DNA of 64,000 bases, from contig JAUVXV010000004.1 of assembly GCA_030603365.1 (NCBI GenBank), positions 1 to 64,000 of the forward strand. Direction: 5' to 3'. The translations under genes were made by a program, and so were the position numbers. Source of the stretch: Candidatus Heimdallarchaeota archaeon (GTDB lineage Archaea > Asgardarchaeota > Heimdallarchaeia > Heimdallarchaeales > Heimdallarchaeaceae). Below are positions 38,732 through 49,283 of the stretch, one piece after another; position 1 is the first letter of the stretch, and the number at the start of each line of letters is the position of its first letter. The notes beneath the pieces are model-generated. The model was not told the DNA's origin and did not search any database. It saw only the letters and a list, made by a program, of their open reading frames with translations.

Positions 38732-40354
38732 ATGAATCCATCTAAACAGCTTCGAAAATTGGTTGCCGAAGGTTATCAACTTACTCCTGAAGCCTTTTCG
38801 TATCTTAGTTCTTTAGAAAATCTAGATTCAGTTATTGAGGAGATTCTATCTTCTGGTACTGAGAAATTAATTCTCTCTATTGACGATATAAATGAGATTA
38901 TAGATAAGGTGGGTGATGTAGATGCAAAAATTCATGCTGACTTCAAAGTTGAAGATGAAGTTGATACTGTACCAGAAGTAGAAATTTCAGAAACTACACA
39001 AACTTTGGATACAATTGATTCACCAGTACAAACTGAAGAAGAAGTTTCAGAGAAAACAATAGATCTACCACAAAAGGAACAAGAATCTCATACACAAGTA
39101 AGAAAAGAGAAAATTGCATCAGATTTAGAAGTTATCTATTCTCCTCAGGTAACCAAATCACCAGCTACTGCTGCTAGTTTTCGTAAATATTTCGAGAATC
39201 GATTTGAAGTAATTGGGTCTTATTTTTCCAAAAGAAGAGATATAACAAATAAAGTCACTATCAGTGATTTGGAACCAAACAGAGATAAAGAAAAAGTGTC
39301 TGTAATTGCACTAGTTAGTAAAATACAAAGAACAGCAAAAGGTAATGTAATAATTGAATTGGAAGATTTGTCTGGTGGTATAACATCCCTCATTCATGTT
39401 TCTAAGCCAGATCTTGTTCAAAAATCACAATTTATCTTAGAGGATTCTGTTTTATGCTTTTTTGGGGATTGGAGAAGGGAAATGTTAAATGTTAAAGATG
39501 TTCTCTGGCCTGATATTCCTTATACAAATAAATCAAATAAATCTTACGAAGAAGTGCTTTCTTTACATATTTCGGATATCCATGTTGGTTCGAGGAATTT
39601 TGCTGGTAATCTCTTCCATCGGGTTATAAATCTAATAAATGGAAAACTTGAAAGCGAAAAATATAATGAAATTGGAAGAAAAATCAAATATCTTTTTGTA
39701 GCTGGAGACGTTGTTGACGGCGTTGGAATTTATCCTGGACAAAAAGAAGATCTTGTTGTAGATAATATACAAATGCAATATCATTTAGCTACTGAATATT
39801 TCGATCAAATCAGGAAGGATGTTGAAATTATCATCATCCCTGGTAACCATGATGGTGCGAGGTCTGCAGAACCTCAGACTCCAATTCAAAAGGAATTTGC
39901 TCAAGAGCTTGCTGAGCTAGATAATGTGCATCTCCTTGGTAGTCCTTGTTATTTGAAAGCACATAATGTGGAAGTTATGTTAAACCATGGTAATTCTATA
40001 CTGGATATAAATGCGGCAATACCTGCTATTCCACATGAAACCTCTATTCCAGCAATGATTGAAATGTTAAAAAATCGTCACTTAGTCCCAATATATGGAA
40101 AAAGAACACCCATAGCACCAGCTCCAACCGACCAATTAGTTATTTCAAAAATTCCTGATATTTTTCATACGGGACATACTCATATAGCAGGTGATGATAA
40201 GTATAAAGGAGTATTATTACTTAATTCTGGAACCTTCCAACATCAAACAAGCTATCAAAAAAGTATGAATATAAACCCAACTACCGGATTAACATATATT
40301 GTAAATTTAAGTAATCTACAAAGAACTAAAATTAATTTTCAAGAAATAAATTAA
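38732..40354 (+). CDS. polB: DNA polymerase II (PolD) small subunit DP1 (start revised to MNPSKQ)
   Basis: OB fold plus phosphoesterase motifs SDIHVGS, GDVVDG, PGNHD, GHTH. Confidence 0.95.
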   Translation: MNPSKQLRKLVAEGYQLTPEAFSYLSSLENLDSVIEEILSSGTEKLILSIDDINEIIDKVGDVDAKIHADFKVEDEVDTVPEVEISETTQTLDTIDSPVQTEEEVSEKTIDLPQKEQESHTQVRKEKIASDLEVIYSPQVTKSPATAASFRKYFENRFEVIGSYFSKRRDITNKVTISDLEPNRDKEKVSVIALVSKIQRTAKGNVIIELEDLSGGITSLIHVSKPDLVQKSQFILEDSVLCFFGDWRREMLNVKDVLWPDIPYTNKSNKSYEEVLSLHISDIHVGSRNFAGNLFHRVINLINGKLESEKYNEIGRKIKYLFVAGDVVDGVGIYPGQKEDLVVDNIQMQYHLATEYFDQIRKDVEIIIIPGNHDGARSAEPQTPIQKEFAQELAELDNVHLLGSPCYLKAHNVEVMLNHGNSILDINAAIPAIPHETSIPAMIEMLKNRHLVPIYGKRTPIAPAPTDQLVISKIPDIFHTGHTHIAGDDKYKGVLLLNSGTFQHQTSYQKSMNINPTTGLTYIVNLSNLQRTKINFQEIN

Positions 40355-40368
40355 TTGGGCAAGATTTC

Positions 40369-40782
40369 CTATTCAGGTGGTATTTCGTCTTCATCAATTT
40401 GAACATACGATAATATATCAGCAATTTGTGGTGCATGATTAGATAATACGGCAATTGCTGTTTTGAATTCTTCAATATCACTGGTACCACCAACTAGATG
40501 AAAATCTCCAATGGATTTGAGTATCAAAAAACCATTTTTACCGCGAACCATTACATCGTTGATAGGAGAATAATTTAGTCTTTCAAGTGCTAATCTAGCG
40601 GCAGCAACAAGTGCAGCACCTATAGCTGACAACTCAGTTGAATTAGCTCTTTTATCCCCTGCATAAAATGCTACTCTATCACCTGTTGCAGTTAAAACAG
40701 CTAAAGCTTCCAATTTTGCTTCTTGAGTGATATCCTTCAATTCCTTTGCTAATGCATATGCGATTTTCCTTTCTAACCTCAT
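40369..40782 (-). CDS. Roadblock/LC7 domain protein
   Basis: LSAIGAAL..VMVRGKNGFLIL pattern. Confidence 0.8.
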   Translation of the reverse strand: MRLERKIAYALAKELKDITQEAKLEALAVLTATGDRVAFYAGDKRANSTELSAIGAALVAAARLALERLNYSPINDVMVRGKNGFLILKSIGDFHLVGGTSDIEEFKTAIAVLSNHAPQIADILSYVQIDEDEIPPE

Positions 40783-41057
40783 TGCTCTCTAAAACACTTT
40801 AAGTTAGAAATATCTTAATTAATGTTCCTATGGTTTCTCACAAATCTGAATATTACAAAAAAATTCGAAGCATATTTATATTACAATTGTAACCAAACTT
40901 TTTATTTCCACTAGTCATTTTTTTTCTTCCACTTCACAGCATTAGATTTTCATTCAGAAAGACTATTCATAAGTAATATTTTTAAACGTCTTTCTTTACC
41001 CAACTTCAAAAAAGTACTTGTTGTTAGTTTTAGTACTAAACATATTGGTGTATTACA

Positions 41058-43331
41058 TTGTCAGATGATTCAGGTATTTCTGGAACTCTAGGTCGATTTT
41101 GGAGAAGAATAGTAGACCATTTTGAAGATTATGAATTCAATAGGGAAGTTCTACTTAATAGACTTAGTTTGCTAATTATTCTTACTGCAGGTGTTATGAT
41201 TCGATTATTTTCATTAATGAAGGGATACGATACCCTCATAAAAGCATTTGATCCTTATGTTCAGTTGGTAAGTGCCGAATACATAAGTGAAAATGGATTT
41301 ACTGCATTCATACATTGGTTTAAGGATAATTCATGGTATCCATATGGATTTCAAACAGGGCAAGAACTATATTGGGGTGTTCCAGTTAGTGCTGTAATTA
41401 TCCATGCAATACTAAATTTCTTCTCGATTGGTGTATCTATCCAACAGGTAGCTTACTTTAGCCCAGTAGTTTATGGTCTCTTGACTATTGTTGCCGCATA
41501 TTTCTTGGGAAAAGAAGCTGTAAGTACAAGAACTGGTCTCTTTACGGCTTTCTTTATGGCATTTTCTCCAGCATTTCTATCAAGAAGTACGGCGGGTTTC
41601 TTTGATAATGAATCTATAGGTATTCTATTTACAGTATTAACCTTGTATTTCTTTATAAGAGCAATTAAGCGTGGAGGAACCATCTCTTCATTTCTTGCAG
41701 GTATCAGTTTAGGACTTCTTATTGGAAGTTGGGGCGCATATAGATATGTTTTGGATCTATTACCTCTTGCAGCACTCTTTTTGGTTTTAACAAGAAAACT
41801 AACTTATAGGCTAATCAAAGTATATACAATAACAATAGTAACGGCATTAAGCATCGGTTTTCTAATTCCAAGAGTGGTACAAAATAGATTCTACAATATT
41901 GAAGTTATAATACCCGTTTTGATGATAGGTTTTCTTATTATAGTTGGATTAGTACAAAATCTATCAAAGAATTTAAGCGAAAAGACGTTCAAACAAGTAA
42001 TAATTGTTGGTTCTATAACTGCTTTTATTCTCATCACAATATTTGTAACTATCTTCCTATCATTAGGGATTTTTTCGAATATTGCAGATAAATTCTGGGC
42101 TGTAATTCTACCTGGTAATAGAGCAAGTATCCCGATTATTTCATCAGTTAGTGAGCACCAACCTATGACTTGGGCGGAGCTCTTTAACAGTATTCACATA
42201 ATGATGTTTTTGATGCCTTTAGGTATATACTACTGCTTGAAGAAACCAACAGACGTTAACATCATCATTCTAACCATGGGCATTACTACTATATACTTCT
42301 CTGGTTCAATGGTCAGACTTGTTCTTTTACTAGCACCCTCAGCTTCATTACTAAGTGCAATGGCAATTGATAAACTACTTTACACTTATTCATTGAGCGC
42401 TCATGGTAAGATTGCTTTAACAAAGAGAAAATTGCGTATTACAAAATCTATTGGGAGAGATGAAGCAGTAATGGCATATTTGGTGATATTTGGTTTACTA
42501 ATTACCTTTACATTTCATAGTATAAACCTCGCTGATGACTACTCACAATCTGAAATGGCTCCTGTAATATTCCAAAATGACATTCCAGCTTCTGATTGGC
42601 AAGAAGCATTGATGTGGTTAAGAGAAAATGCTCAAGGTGGAGGAATTGTTGATAATAGTGATCCAGTAGTTTTAAGTTGGTGGGATTATGGTTATTGGAT
42701 TACGAACTATGGGAATGCTACGACACTTGTAGATAACGCGACTACAAACAAAACACAGATTGGAATGGTAGGTACAATGCTAATGTGGAATTTCACAGAG
42801 GCAGTAACAATGATGTATAGGTACAATATCAAATATGTACTAATAAACTCTCAAGCAGGTCTCCCTGGACTTGGATCAGATCTAGGAAAAGCACTATGGT
42901 GTATTAGAATAGCTGAATCAACCGTTCCAAGATATGGCATAGATGAAGATGATTTCTATGGAATTTCTGAAGATGAAAGACAATATCTGTACTATGACCT
43001 ATTCTATTATTCAGTTTTATACAGATTAGCAGCCTATGATAGTATAACTGGTTTCGGTTGGTCTCCAGATTTTACAGGCACCCCAACAAGTACTCAACCT
43101 GGTTTACTAACTTTGGCAGAACAATTTCCAGTTTATGACTTGAAAGGTCCCGATGGTATTACTTATTTCAAAGAAGTTTTCAGAAGCTATGGTTTAGCAA
43201 CAAGCATACAAGATGCTAGAAGATATCCATTAGTAAGGATTTACGAAGTAGTTTATCCTGAGAACATAGAACAATTATCTGCTGAATTAAACTACAATCA
43301 TCCACTTCCTGTGGAAGAAGAGACAGATTAA
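41058..43331 (+). CDS. aglB: Oligosaccharyltransferase AglB/STT3
   Basis: FDPY, GFFDNE, SVSEHQP, WWDYG, DNATTN; multi-TM. Confidence 0.95.
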   Translation: MSDDSGISGTLGRFWRRIVDHFEDYEFNREVLLNRLSLLIILTAGVMIRLFSLMKGYDTLIKAFDPYVQLVSAEYISENGFTAFIHWFKDNSWYPYGFQTGQELYWGVPVSAVIIHAILNFFSIGVSIQQVAYFSPVVYGLLTIVAAYFLGKEAVSTRTGLFTAFFMAFSPAFLSRSTAGFFDNESIGILFTVLTLYFFIRAIKRGGTISSFLAGISLGLLIGSWGAYRYVLDLLPLAALFLVLTRKLTYRLIKVYTITIVTALSIGFLIPRVVQNRFYNIEVIIPVLMIGFLIIVGLVQNLSKNLSEKTFKQVIIVGSITAFILITIFVTIFLSLGIFSNIADKFWAVILPGNRASIPIISSVSEHQPMTWAELFNSIHIMMFLMPLGIYYCLKKPTDVNIIILTMGITTIYFSGSMVRLVLLLAPSASLLSAMAIDKLLYTYSLSAHGKIALTKRKLRITKSIGRDEAVMAYLVIFGLLITFTFHSINLADDYSQSEMAPVIFQNDIPASDWQEALMWLRENAQGGGIVDNSDPVVLSWWDYGYWITNYGNATTLVDNATTNKTQIGMVGTMLMWNFTEAVTMMYRYNIKYVLINSQAGLPGLGSDLGKALWCIRIAESTVPRYGIDEDDFYGISEDERQYLYYDLFYYSVLYRLAAYDSITGFGWSPDFTGTPTSTQPGLLTLAEQFPVYDLKGPDGITYFKEVFRSYGLATSIQDARRYPLVRIYEVVYPENIEQLSAELNYNHPLPVEEETD

Positions 43332-43563
43332 CTCTTCTTTTACTTCTATTTTTCACATTATTCAACTATTTATTTTGATATGGTAGATTGCACTTTTTTT
43401 ATACTAAAATTGTGAATGTTACATAAGCAAAATACATGTCAAATTATGGTTCTTGACAAAGACAACAGAACCAAAATGCTTTTAATAATTCAAAGAGGGC
43501 AATTATTAAAGTACATCCAATAAAATAATAGTACTACTAAATCAAAAAAAAGGTGTATAAGAA

Positions 43564-44850
43564 ATGAGCTCAAAAGGAAAACCTCATTTAAATCTAGTAA
43601 TCATTGGTCACGTTGATCATGGTAAATCTACTATGACTGGTCACTTACTCTATGTCTGTGGAAGTATATCTGAAAGAGACATTCAGAAATGGGAAAAAGA
43701 TTCTGAATTAATCGGTCGAGGCAGCTTTAAATTTGCCTGGGCTCTTGATAAACTGAAAGAAGAGAGAGAAAGAGGAGTAACTATTGATCTTGCGTTTTAC
43801 AAATTCCAAACAAAGAAATACTACTTCACAATTATTGATGCTCCAGGGCATCGAGATTTCGTTAAGAACATGATCACTGGTACTTCCCAAGCCGATGCAG
43901 CTATTCTAGTAATTAGTGCTGGTACTGGTGAGTTTGAAGCTGGTATTAGTACAACTGGACAAACAAGAGAACATGCATTACTTGCAAAGACTTTAGGTGT
44001 AGATCAACTAGTAGTAGCTGTAAATAAAATGGATCTTGCTGATTATAAACAAGAACGTTTTGAAGAAATAAAGAACGAAATGGAAAGAAATCTAAAACTC
44101 TTTGGTTTTGATATGGAGAAAAAAGTAATGTTCGTACCAACAAGTGGTATGCAAGGAGATAATCTTAACACCAAACCAGACAAAATGCCTTGGTATACTG
44201 GTCCTACAATCCTTGCAGCTTTGGATACATTCACAGTACCACCAAAACCAAGCGATAAACCATTGAGATTACCTATCCAAGATGTTTATACAATAACTGG
44301 AATTGGAACAGTACCTGTAGGTCGTGTGGAAACTGGTGTTTTAAAACCAAAAGATGAAATCATCTTCCAACCAACAGGAAAGAAAGCTGCAATTATGTCT
44401 ATCGAAATGCATCATGAAGAAATTCCCGAAGCTATTCCTGGAGATAATATTGGTTTTAGCTGCAAAGGTTTAGCAAAAAAAGATGTACGACGTGGAGATG
44501 TTGTTGGTCACGTTGCCAAACCTCCAACCATAGCTAAAGAATTCAATGCTACAGTTCAAGTTATCAGACATCCATCTGCAATAGCTGTCGGCTATACACC
44601 AGTAATACACTGTGGTACAGCACAAGTAGCAACTCGTTTTAGCGAATTGAAAACAAAGGTTGCTAAAGGGAAAAAGATAGATAAACCTGATTTCCTTAAG
44701 AACGGTGATGCTGCAGAAGTAGTTATGATTCCAACTCGTGATATGGTTATTGAATCATATACAGAATTTCCACCACTAGGACGTTTTGCTATTAGAGATA
44801 TGGGTCAAACCGTAGCTGTAGGTATCGTTAAAAAAGTAACACCAAAATAG
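43564..44850 (+). CDS. tuf: Translation elongation factor EF-1 alpha
   Basis: GHVDHGKST, DAPGHRDF, NKMD, GRFAIRDMG. Confidence 0.98.
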   Translation: MSSKGKPHLNLVIIGHVDHGKSTMTGHLLYVCGSISERDIQKWEKDSELIGRGSFKFAWALDKLKEERERGVTIDLAFYKFQTKKYYFTIIDAPGHRDFVKNMITGTSQADAAILVISAGTGEFEAGISTTGQTREHALLAKTLGVDQLVVAVNKMDLADYKQERFEEIKNEMERNLKLFGFDMEKKVMFVPTSGMQGDNLNTKPDKMPWYTGPTILAALDTFTVPPKPSDKPLRLPIQDVYTITGIGTVPVGRVETGVLKPKDEIIFQPTGKKAAIMSIEMHHEEIPEAIPGDNIGFSCKGLAKKDVRRGDVVGHVAKPPTIAKEFNATVQVIRHPSAIAVGYTPVIHCGTAQVATRFSELKTKVAKGKKIDKPDFLKNGDAAEVVMIPTRDMVIESYTEFPPLGRFAIRDMGQTVAVGIVKKVTPK

Positions 44851-44937
44851 TTCTTTTACTATTTTTTCATTTTTTTATTTTTCTTAAATATTTTTCTATA
44901 AATGTAAACAATGATGTTGAGAAAGGAAATCAGAGAA

Positions 44938-45849
44938 TTACTTTTCTGGTACTATATTTTCAACTATTTTTTCAGGTAGAAAAGGTTCTAAATCTTTATA
45001 GTGTTGCCCTACTCCTAAGAAAACTATGGGTTTTTCACTAATATGAGTAACTGAAACAGCAGCACCACCTTTAACATCTGCATCTATTTTATTCAAAATA
45101 CTGCAGTCAATTCCAACTTTTTCATTGAATAGCGTAACCTGTGATATTAAGGCATTCCCAGTTAGAGCATCACCAACAAATATTTTCAAATCTGGTTCGG
45201 AGACAGAACATATCTTTTGCAATTCAGACATAAGGTTTGAACTAGTTTCAATTCGTCCTGCAGTGTCAATCAATACTACATCTATATTCTTTGAAATGGC
45301 ATGGTTAATTGCATCAAATGCTACTGCAGCTGCATCTGAACCATAAGTTTGTGCAATCACTCTGATCTGCAAATCATCCCCATGTTTCTGTAGTTGTTGA
45401 ATGCTTCCTGCTCTGAATGTGTCACCAGCAGCAAAAACGCAAGAAATACCATTATCTTTGAAATACTTCCCTAATTTCGCAATAGAAAGGGTTTTTCCTA
45501 CCCCATTTACTCCAAAGAAGGCAATAACAAATGGTGTTTTCTTCTTCTTTGATTTTTCTATTTCTTTTAAAATATCTATGGGTTCGGCTGGTGTAAGAAC
45601 CTCAAGCATCACTTCTCTCAAAGATTCTAAAACAATAGCTTTTGTATTAGTAAATCTAGTGTGTTCTGTTTTAGAGAGTTTATCTGTTAGTTTTTTGCAT
45701 ATTGTTTCAGCAGTATTTACAGCTACTTCATTTCTAATAAGAACATCTTTTAGCTCTTTAGTTACTTTAGAAATTGATTTTGGAGAAAAATCTGCAATTG
45801 TAATTTTTTTAATTGCTTTTGAGACGCTCTTTCTAAGTTGATCAAACAC
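44938..45849 (-). CDS. ftsY: SRP receptor FtsY
   Basis: GVNGVGKT, DTFRAG, DTAGR, KGGAA. Confidence 0.96.
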   Translation of the reverse strand: MFDQLRKSVSKAIKKITIADFSPKSISKVTKELKDVLIRNEVAVNTAETICKKLTDKLSKTEHTRFTNTKAIVLESLREVMLEVLTPAEPIDILKEIEKSKKKKTPFVIAFFGVNGVGKTLSIAKLGKYFKDNGISCVFAAGDTFRAGSIQQLQKHGDDLQIRVIAQTYGSDAAAVAFDAINHAISKNIDVVLIDTAGRIETSSNLMSELQKICSVSEPDLKIFVGDALTGNALISQVTLFNEKVGIDCSILNKIDADVKGGAAVSVTHISEKPIVFLGVGQHYKDLEPFLPEKIVENIVPEK

Positions 45850-45870
45850 TAGAATACCACGTCTCCTATT

Positions 45871-46308
45871 TTACATAACGGATTTAACAACCCTATCTAT
45901 CTCTCTTAAACGTTCTAGAACTTCATTATAACTAGCTTTGATTTGGGTGAGCTGGTTTTCTACTTCTGCTTTCTTCTTTTTAATACCTTCAATTGCATCA
46001 GGTAAATTACGCTCACTATGAACACCAGCACCTATTGTTACTATTACGTTTTCACCATCTTCAATAGAAGCATAAACAAAATTTCCAGCACCAATAGGAA
46101 CCAATATCTTTTGATTTGTCTTAGATTCTTTAAGATCGCCTAGTGTTTGTTCAGCAGTATAAATTTCGTTATAATAACTATTTAAAAGTTCAATTTGCTG
46201 ATTGTATCTTGTTGCTTGTTGCTCTAATTGCTGAGCTGCAAGCATTAAATTATCTAATTCTTCTTTGGAGACCTTGGGTGGAGTAGAATCTTCAGACAGT
46301 TCTTTCAC
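45871..46308 (-). CDS. pfdA: Prefoldin subunit alpha
   Basis: ILVPIGAG..VIVTIGAG beta-hairpins between coiled coils; conserved synteny. Confidence 0.93.
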   Translation of the reverse strand: MKELSEDSTPPKVSKEELDNLMLAAQQLEQQATRYNQQIELLNSYYNEIYTAEQTLGDLKESKTNQKILVPIGAGNFVYASIEDGENVIVTIGAGVHSERNLPDAIEGIKKKKAEVENQLTQIKASYNEVLERLREIDRVVKSVM

Positions 46309-46574
46309 TTCCTCTTTGGGATGGCTAAATCGTCTTCAACTGCAAAAGTCTTTACAACAGAATCTTTAATCTCTTCAGGATCTGTAATCTCTCGAATATC
46401 CTTTGGATTTATATTAATCATGTTTCTTTTTACCTTGTGTTTACTTCCAAGAGTATCATAGATGTATTCTAGAGCATCTTTTTCGTTTACTGCTCTAACA
46501 TATTTCCCAAAAGGTATTTTTCGTTTTCTCACTTGAAATTCTCCGCGAATATGAAATGTTTTGACAGAGGTCAT
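46305..46574 (-). CDS. rpl18a: 50S ribosomal protein L18Ae/LX (eL20)
   Basis: ALEYIYDTLGSKHKVKR; synteny. Confidence 0.92.
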   Translation of the reverse strand: MTSVKTFHIRGEFQVRKRKIPFGKYVRAVNEKDALEYIYDTLGSKHKVKRNMININPKDIREITDPEEIKDSVVKTFAVEDDLAIPKRK

Positions 46575-46643
46575 TTAGTATTCACCACTTACTGCAATTT
46601 GCTGATTGTAAAAGGGTTTTTCAACTTTTTGAATCTAAAGTCA

Positions 46644-47318
46644 TTAATGTGAGAGTAAAATCTCAAAAATTCTCATACTTTCTGGACCTGTACTATCGCT
46701 GCCAATAACAGCACCATTAGAATTGGCAAGTATTCCCACACGAGGATAGGGTATTCCCCTATTAATTGTACAAACATCAGTTTTAACTTTAAAAATTGAA
46801 GATATTTCATTGATTTCTTCTTCTGACAGAAGAGGATGTACAAGAGCTCCTCTATTTGTACTCATAACAATGCTTCCTACGAGAGGAGATCCTAGTAAAT
46901 TACCTACAGTAACTTCAAAATTCAAGGCATCACGTATTTGCTTCTGAGCATTCTTTTCAAACATATCACTGATAATTGCTCCCTTGTCATTAAGAACCAT
47001 AAGATTCCCTAATGCTGTGAATTTGCTGTTTAGCTCTATAATTTCAACTTCTTCTCCCAATGAATCGTGTATAGTTTTTAGCTCTTTTTCACCTATGTTA
47101 GGAGGTAAAAAGAGTGTGTTTGAGTTACCAGCTGACAATGTTCCAACAAGAACTGAATTTGAAATGGTAGTTTTGATAACTTTAACCTTCAGTGTTTCTA
47201 CTAATGTATTTACAGAAATATCCTTTACTCCGAAAGGAACAACAGAGTATTTTTCTGTTGACAATGCAAAAACACCCAAACCTGAATTACCTAAAATGGT
47301 GGTCTTTGCAATATCCAA
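46644..47318 (-). CDS. eif6: Translation initiation factor 6 (start revised to TTG at 47318)
   Basis: TALGN..NDKGA, TNRGALVHP, TINRG, TTG preceded by GAGGCTGA. Confidence 0.92.
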   Translation of the reverse strand: MDIAKTTILGNSGLGVFALSTEKYSVVPFGVKDISVNTLVETLKVKVIKTTISNSVLVGTLSAGNSNTLFLPPNIGEKELKTIHDSLGEEVEIIELNSKFTALGNLMVLNDKGAIISDMFEKNAQKQIRDALNFEVTVGNLLGSPLVGSIVMSTNRGALVHPLLSEEEINEISSIFKVKTDVCTINRGIPYPRVGILANSNGAVIGSDSTGPESMRIFEILLSH

Positions 47319-47358
47319 AATTATCAGCCTCGAAAAATAATTGATAAGAGAAACAGAT

Positions 47359-47796
47359 CTATTCTTTCTGTTCCTCTTCTGTAGATGAATCTTCAGTTGG
47401 TTCTGGTTGCTCTTCAACAACTGTAGTCTCTTCATCTTCCTCTTCTTCTTCTTCGTCCTCTTCTTCCAATTCACCAGGAATGGTGATACCTTCTAATTCA
47501 GGACGAGCAGCAGCTTCAACTTCTTCATGAATTAATTCTACAGTAGCAATTGTTTCCTCATCAATTGTTTCAACAATTGCTCGAACTTTGACTTTTCTTG
47601 GAGGTTTTCTTATTCCTCTTTTCCACATGAATTCATTTAATTCTTCATCAATTATAACAAAATCAACTTTTGTATGCTTATGAATGAATTGTTTGAGAAG
47701 CCTAATAGCTTTTGGTGTTCTTTTATAAGGTGCTGTTTCATTTAGTTGAGGATAAAACGGAATAGTGTAAATGTTCTCTATAGCTTCTTGAGACAT
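47359..47796 (-). CDS. rpl31e: 50S ribosomal protein L31e with acidic C-terminal tail
   Basis: IYTIP, KRTPKA, LNEFMWKRGIRKPP. Confidence 0.94.
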   Translation of the reverse strand: MSQEAIENIYTIPFYPQLNETAPYKRTPKAIRLLKQFIHKHTKVDFVIIDEELNEFMWKRGIRKPPRKVKVRAIVETIDEETIATVELIHEEVEAAARPELEGITIPGELEEEDEEEEEEDEETTVVEEQPEPTEDSSTEEEQKE

Positions 47797-47810
47797 TATT
47801 TTTCATCTCC

Positions 47811-47966
47811 TTATCTTTTAATTCTACTAGCCCGCCATCTTCTACGTTTAGGATGTGTTCTGAAACGACGGTTTGTTCTAATAACACACCAACTAGGAAC
47901 GGGGCTATTCTTTCGACCTTCTTTTGCGTATCTTAATTTTCTTGGTAGGTTTTTATATCTCGCCAT
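47811..47966 (-). CDS. rpl39e: 50S ribosomal protein L39e (51 aa, absent from ORF track)
   Basis: Manual translation MARYKNLPRKLRYAKEGRKNSPVPSWCVIRTNRRFRTHPKRRRWRASRIKR. Confidence 0.95.
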   Translation of the reverse strand: MARYKNLPRKLRYAKEGRKNSPVPSWCVIRTNRRFRTHPKRRRWRASRIKR

Positions 47967-48304
47967 TATAATCGCCTTATATCGACTTTAGTTTCACGCT
48001 TTTGTCCCTGGATTTTACGGAGTATATCTTTCAACTGAGCATCAGTTAATTTTTCAGACAATGACCCTTGTTGAGCAAGCTGTATTAAACGAACTTCAAC
48101 AGATTCTGCGAGTTGAGGACGTACTAATTTTATATTCGCTAGTCTTTGCCTTGCTTCTTCTGTCAAGATTTGACGAAGTATGGTTTGCTTTTGAGCCTCA
48201 AGGGTTGCTCTTTCCTCCTCTTGAGCTTCTTGAGCAGCTTGTTGCTGTTGCATTTCAGCAAGTTTTCTTTGCCTTATTAAGTCCAATTCTTCATCATTAT
48301 ACAT
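47966..48304 (-). CDS. PDCD5-family dsDNA-binding protein
   Basis: ILRQILTEEARQRLANIKLVRPQLA; synteny. Confidence 0.93.
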   Translation of the reverse strand: MYNDEELDLIRQRKLAEMQQQQAAQEAQEEERATLEAQKQTILRQILTEEARQRLANIKLVRPQLAESVEVRLIQLAQQGSLSEKLTDAQLKDILRKIQGQKRETKVDIRRL

Positions 48305-48363
48305 CTTTTTTCACATCCTTCTAATAGAGAGTGTTCTGCATTTAATTCATTATTTGCAGTTCC

Positions 48364-48837
48364 TTAATATCTTTCTAAGGATGGGATTTGTTTTTTGATT
48401 TCAGCAGATAACTTGTCAATGAATGAATGCCCTTTAGGAGTTATAACACGTCCTACTATTACACGTCCTTTACTTCCATGACCACTCTTTTTCTGAATGT
48501 AATTAGCTTTTTCCAATTGCTGCAGAATACGTCTGATAACTGCACCACTGCCTTTAGCAAAGTGTTCAGGTTTAACACCTCGTCTATTGCGACCACCATA
48601 AGCTATGCGAAGTTTTGCAACACCAACTGGTCCATAAAGGTAAATTTTGCGTAGCATAGAGGCGGCCCTAATATACCACCAGTCTTCTTGAACTGGAGAA
48701 CTTTCTTTATGTACTCCTGTTTTAGCAAAAATTGCCCACTCTGGTGCTTTGATTTCTGTTTCTTTTTTCAATTCTTCAGTAATTCGATTTATTAGTAAAT
48801 CCGCTGGAACATCGTAAGCTGTTGGCATAACTTTCAC
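48364..48837 (-). CDS. rps19e: 30S ribosomal protein S19e
   Basis: PEWAIFAKTG, DWWYIRAASMLRKIY. Confidence 0.96.
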   Translation of the reverse strand: MKVMPTAYDVPADLLINRITEELKKETEIKAPEWAIFAKTGVHKESSPVQEDWWYIRAASMLRKIYLYGPVGVAKLRIAYGGRNRRGVKPEHFAKGSGAVIRRILQQLEKANYIQKKSGHGSKGRVIVGRVITPKGHSFIDKLSAEIKKQIPSLERY

Positions 48838-49077
48838 TCTTCTTAAATATACCGTAAGAGAGAGCTCTTTCGTATTTTTTCAGTCTCTGGGGAACAAACC
48901 TCGTTTAAAAAGATTACTTTGCAAGTTATATGAATCAACAATTTTCAACAGCCAAATCCTTTCTTTAAACCAAGAAAAAGCAGTACTAAAGGGGAACTAT
49001 TAAATTTAAAAGGACAAAGAAACAATTAAAAACAAGGCGTCGTAAACGAATATATCTCAAAGAAGGCGGAAACAAAA

Positions 49078-49278
49078 TTGAGTGAAACGAATACAACTAC
49101 AAAAAGGAAAAGGAAGATGTTCTTTAATTCCATTGACGATCTATTCATACTTTTTGGTATTATTCTTAATGGTTTTAGTTCAGTTGTTACTTTAACCTAT
49201 GGTCATGTGATTGCAGGTATAATACTCATTACATGCGAAATTCTCCTTATTGGAGCTTATATTATGAAGTTATTTTGA
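49078..49278 (+). CDS. Small two-TM membrane protein
   Basis: Two hydrophobic segments. Confidence 0.5.
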   Translation: MSETNTTTKRKRKMFFNSIDDLFILFGIILNGFSSVVTLTYGHVIAGIILITCEILLIGAYIMKLF

Positions 49279-49283
49279 AAAAA

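Noticed and set aside
47319-47474. Lys-rich N-terminal extension of eIF6
   Set aside because: Alternative-frame reading of the L31e acidic tail.
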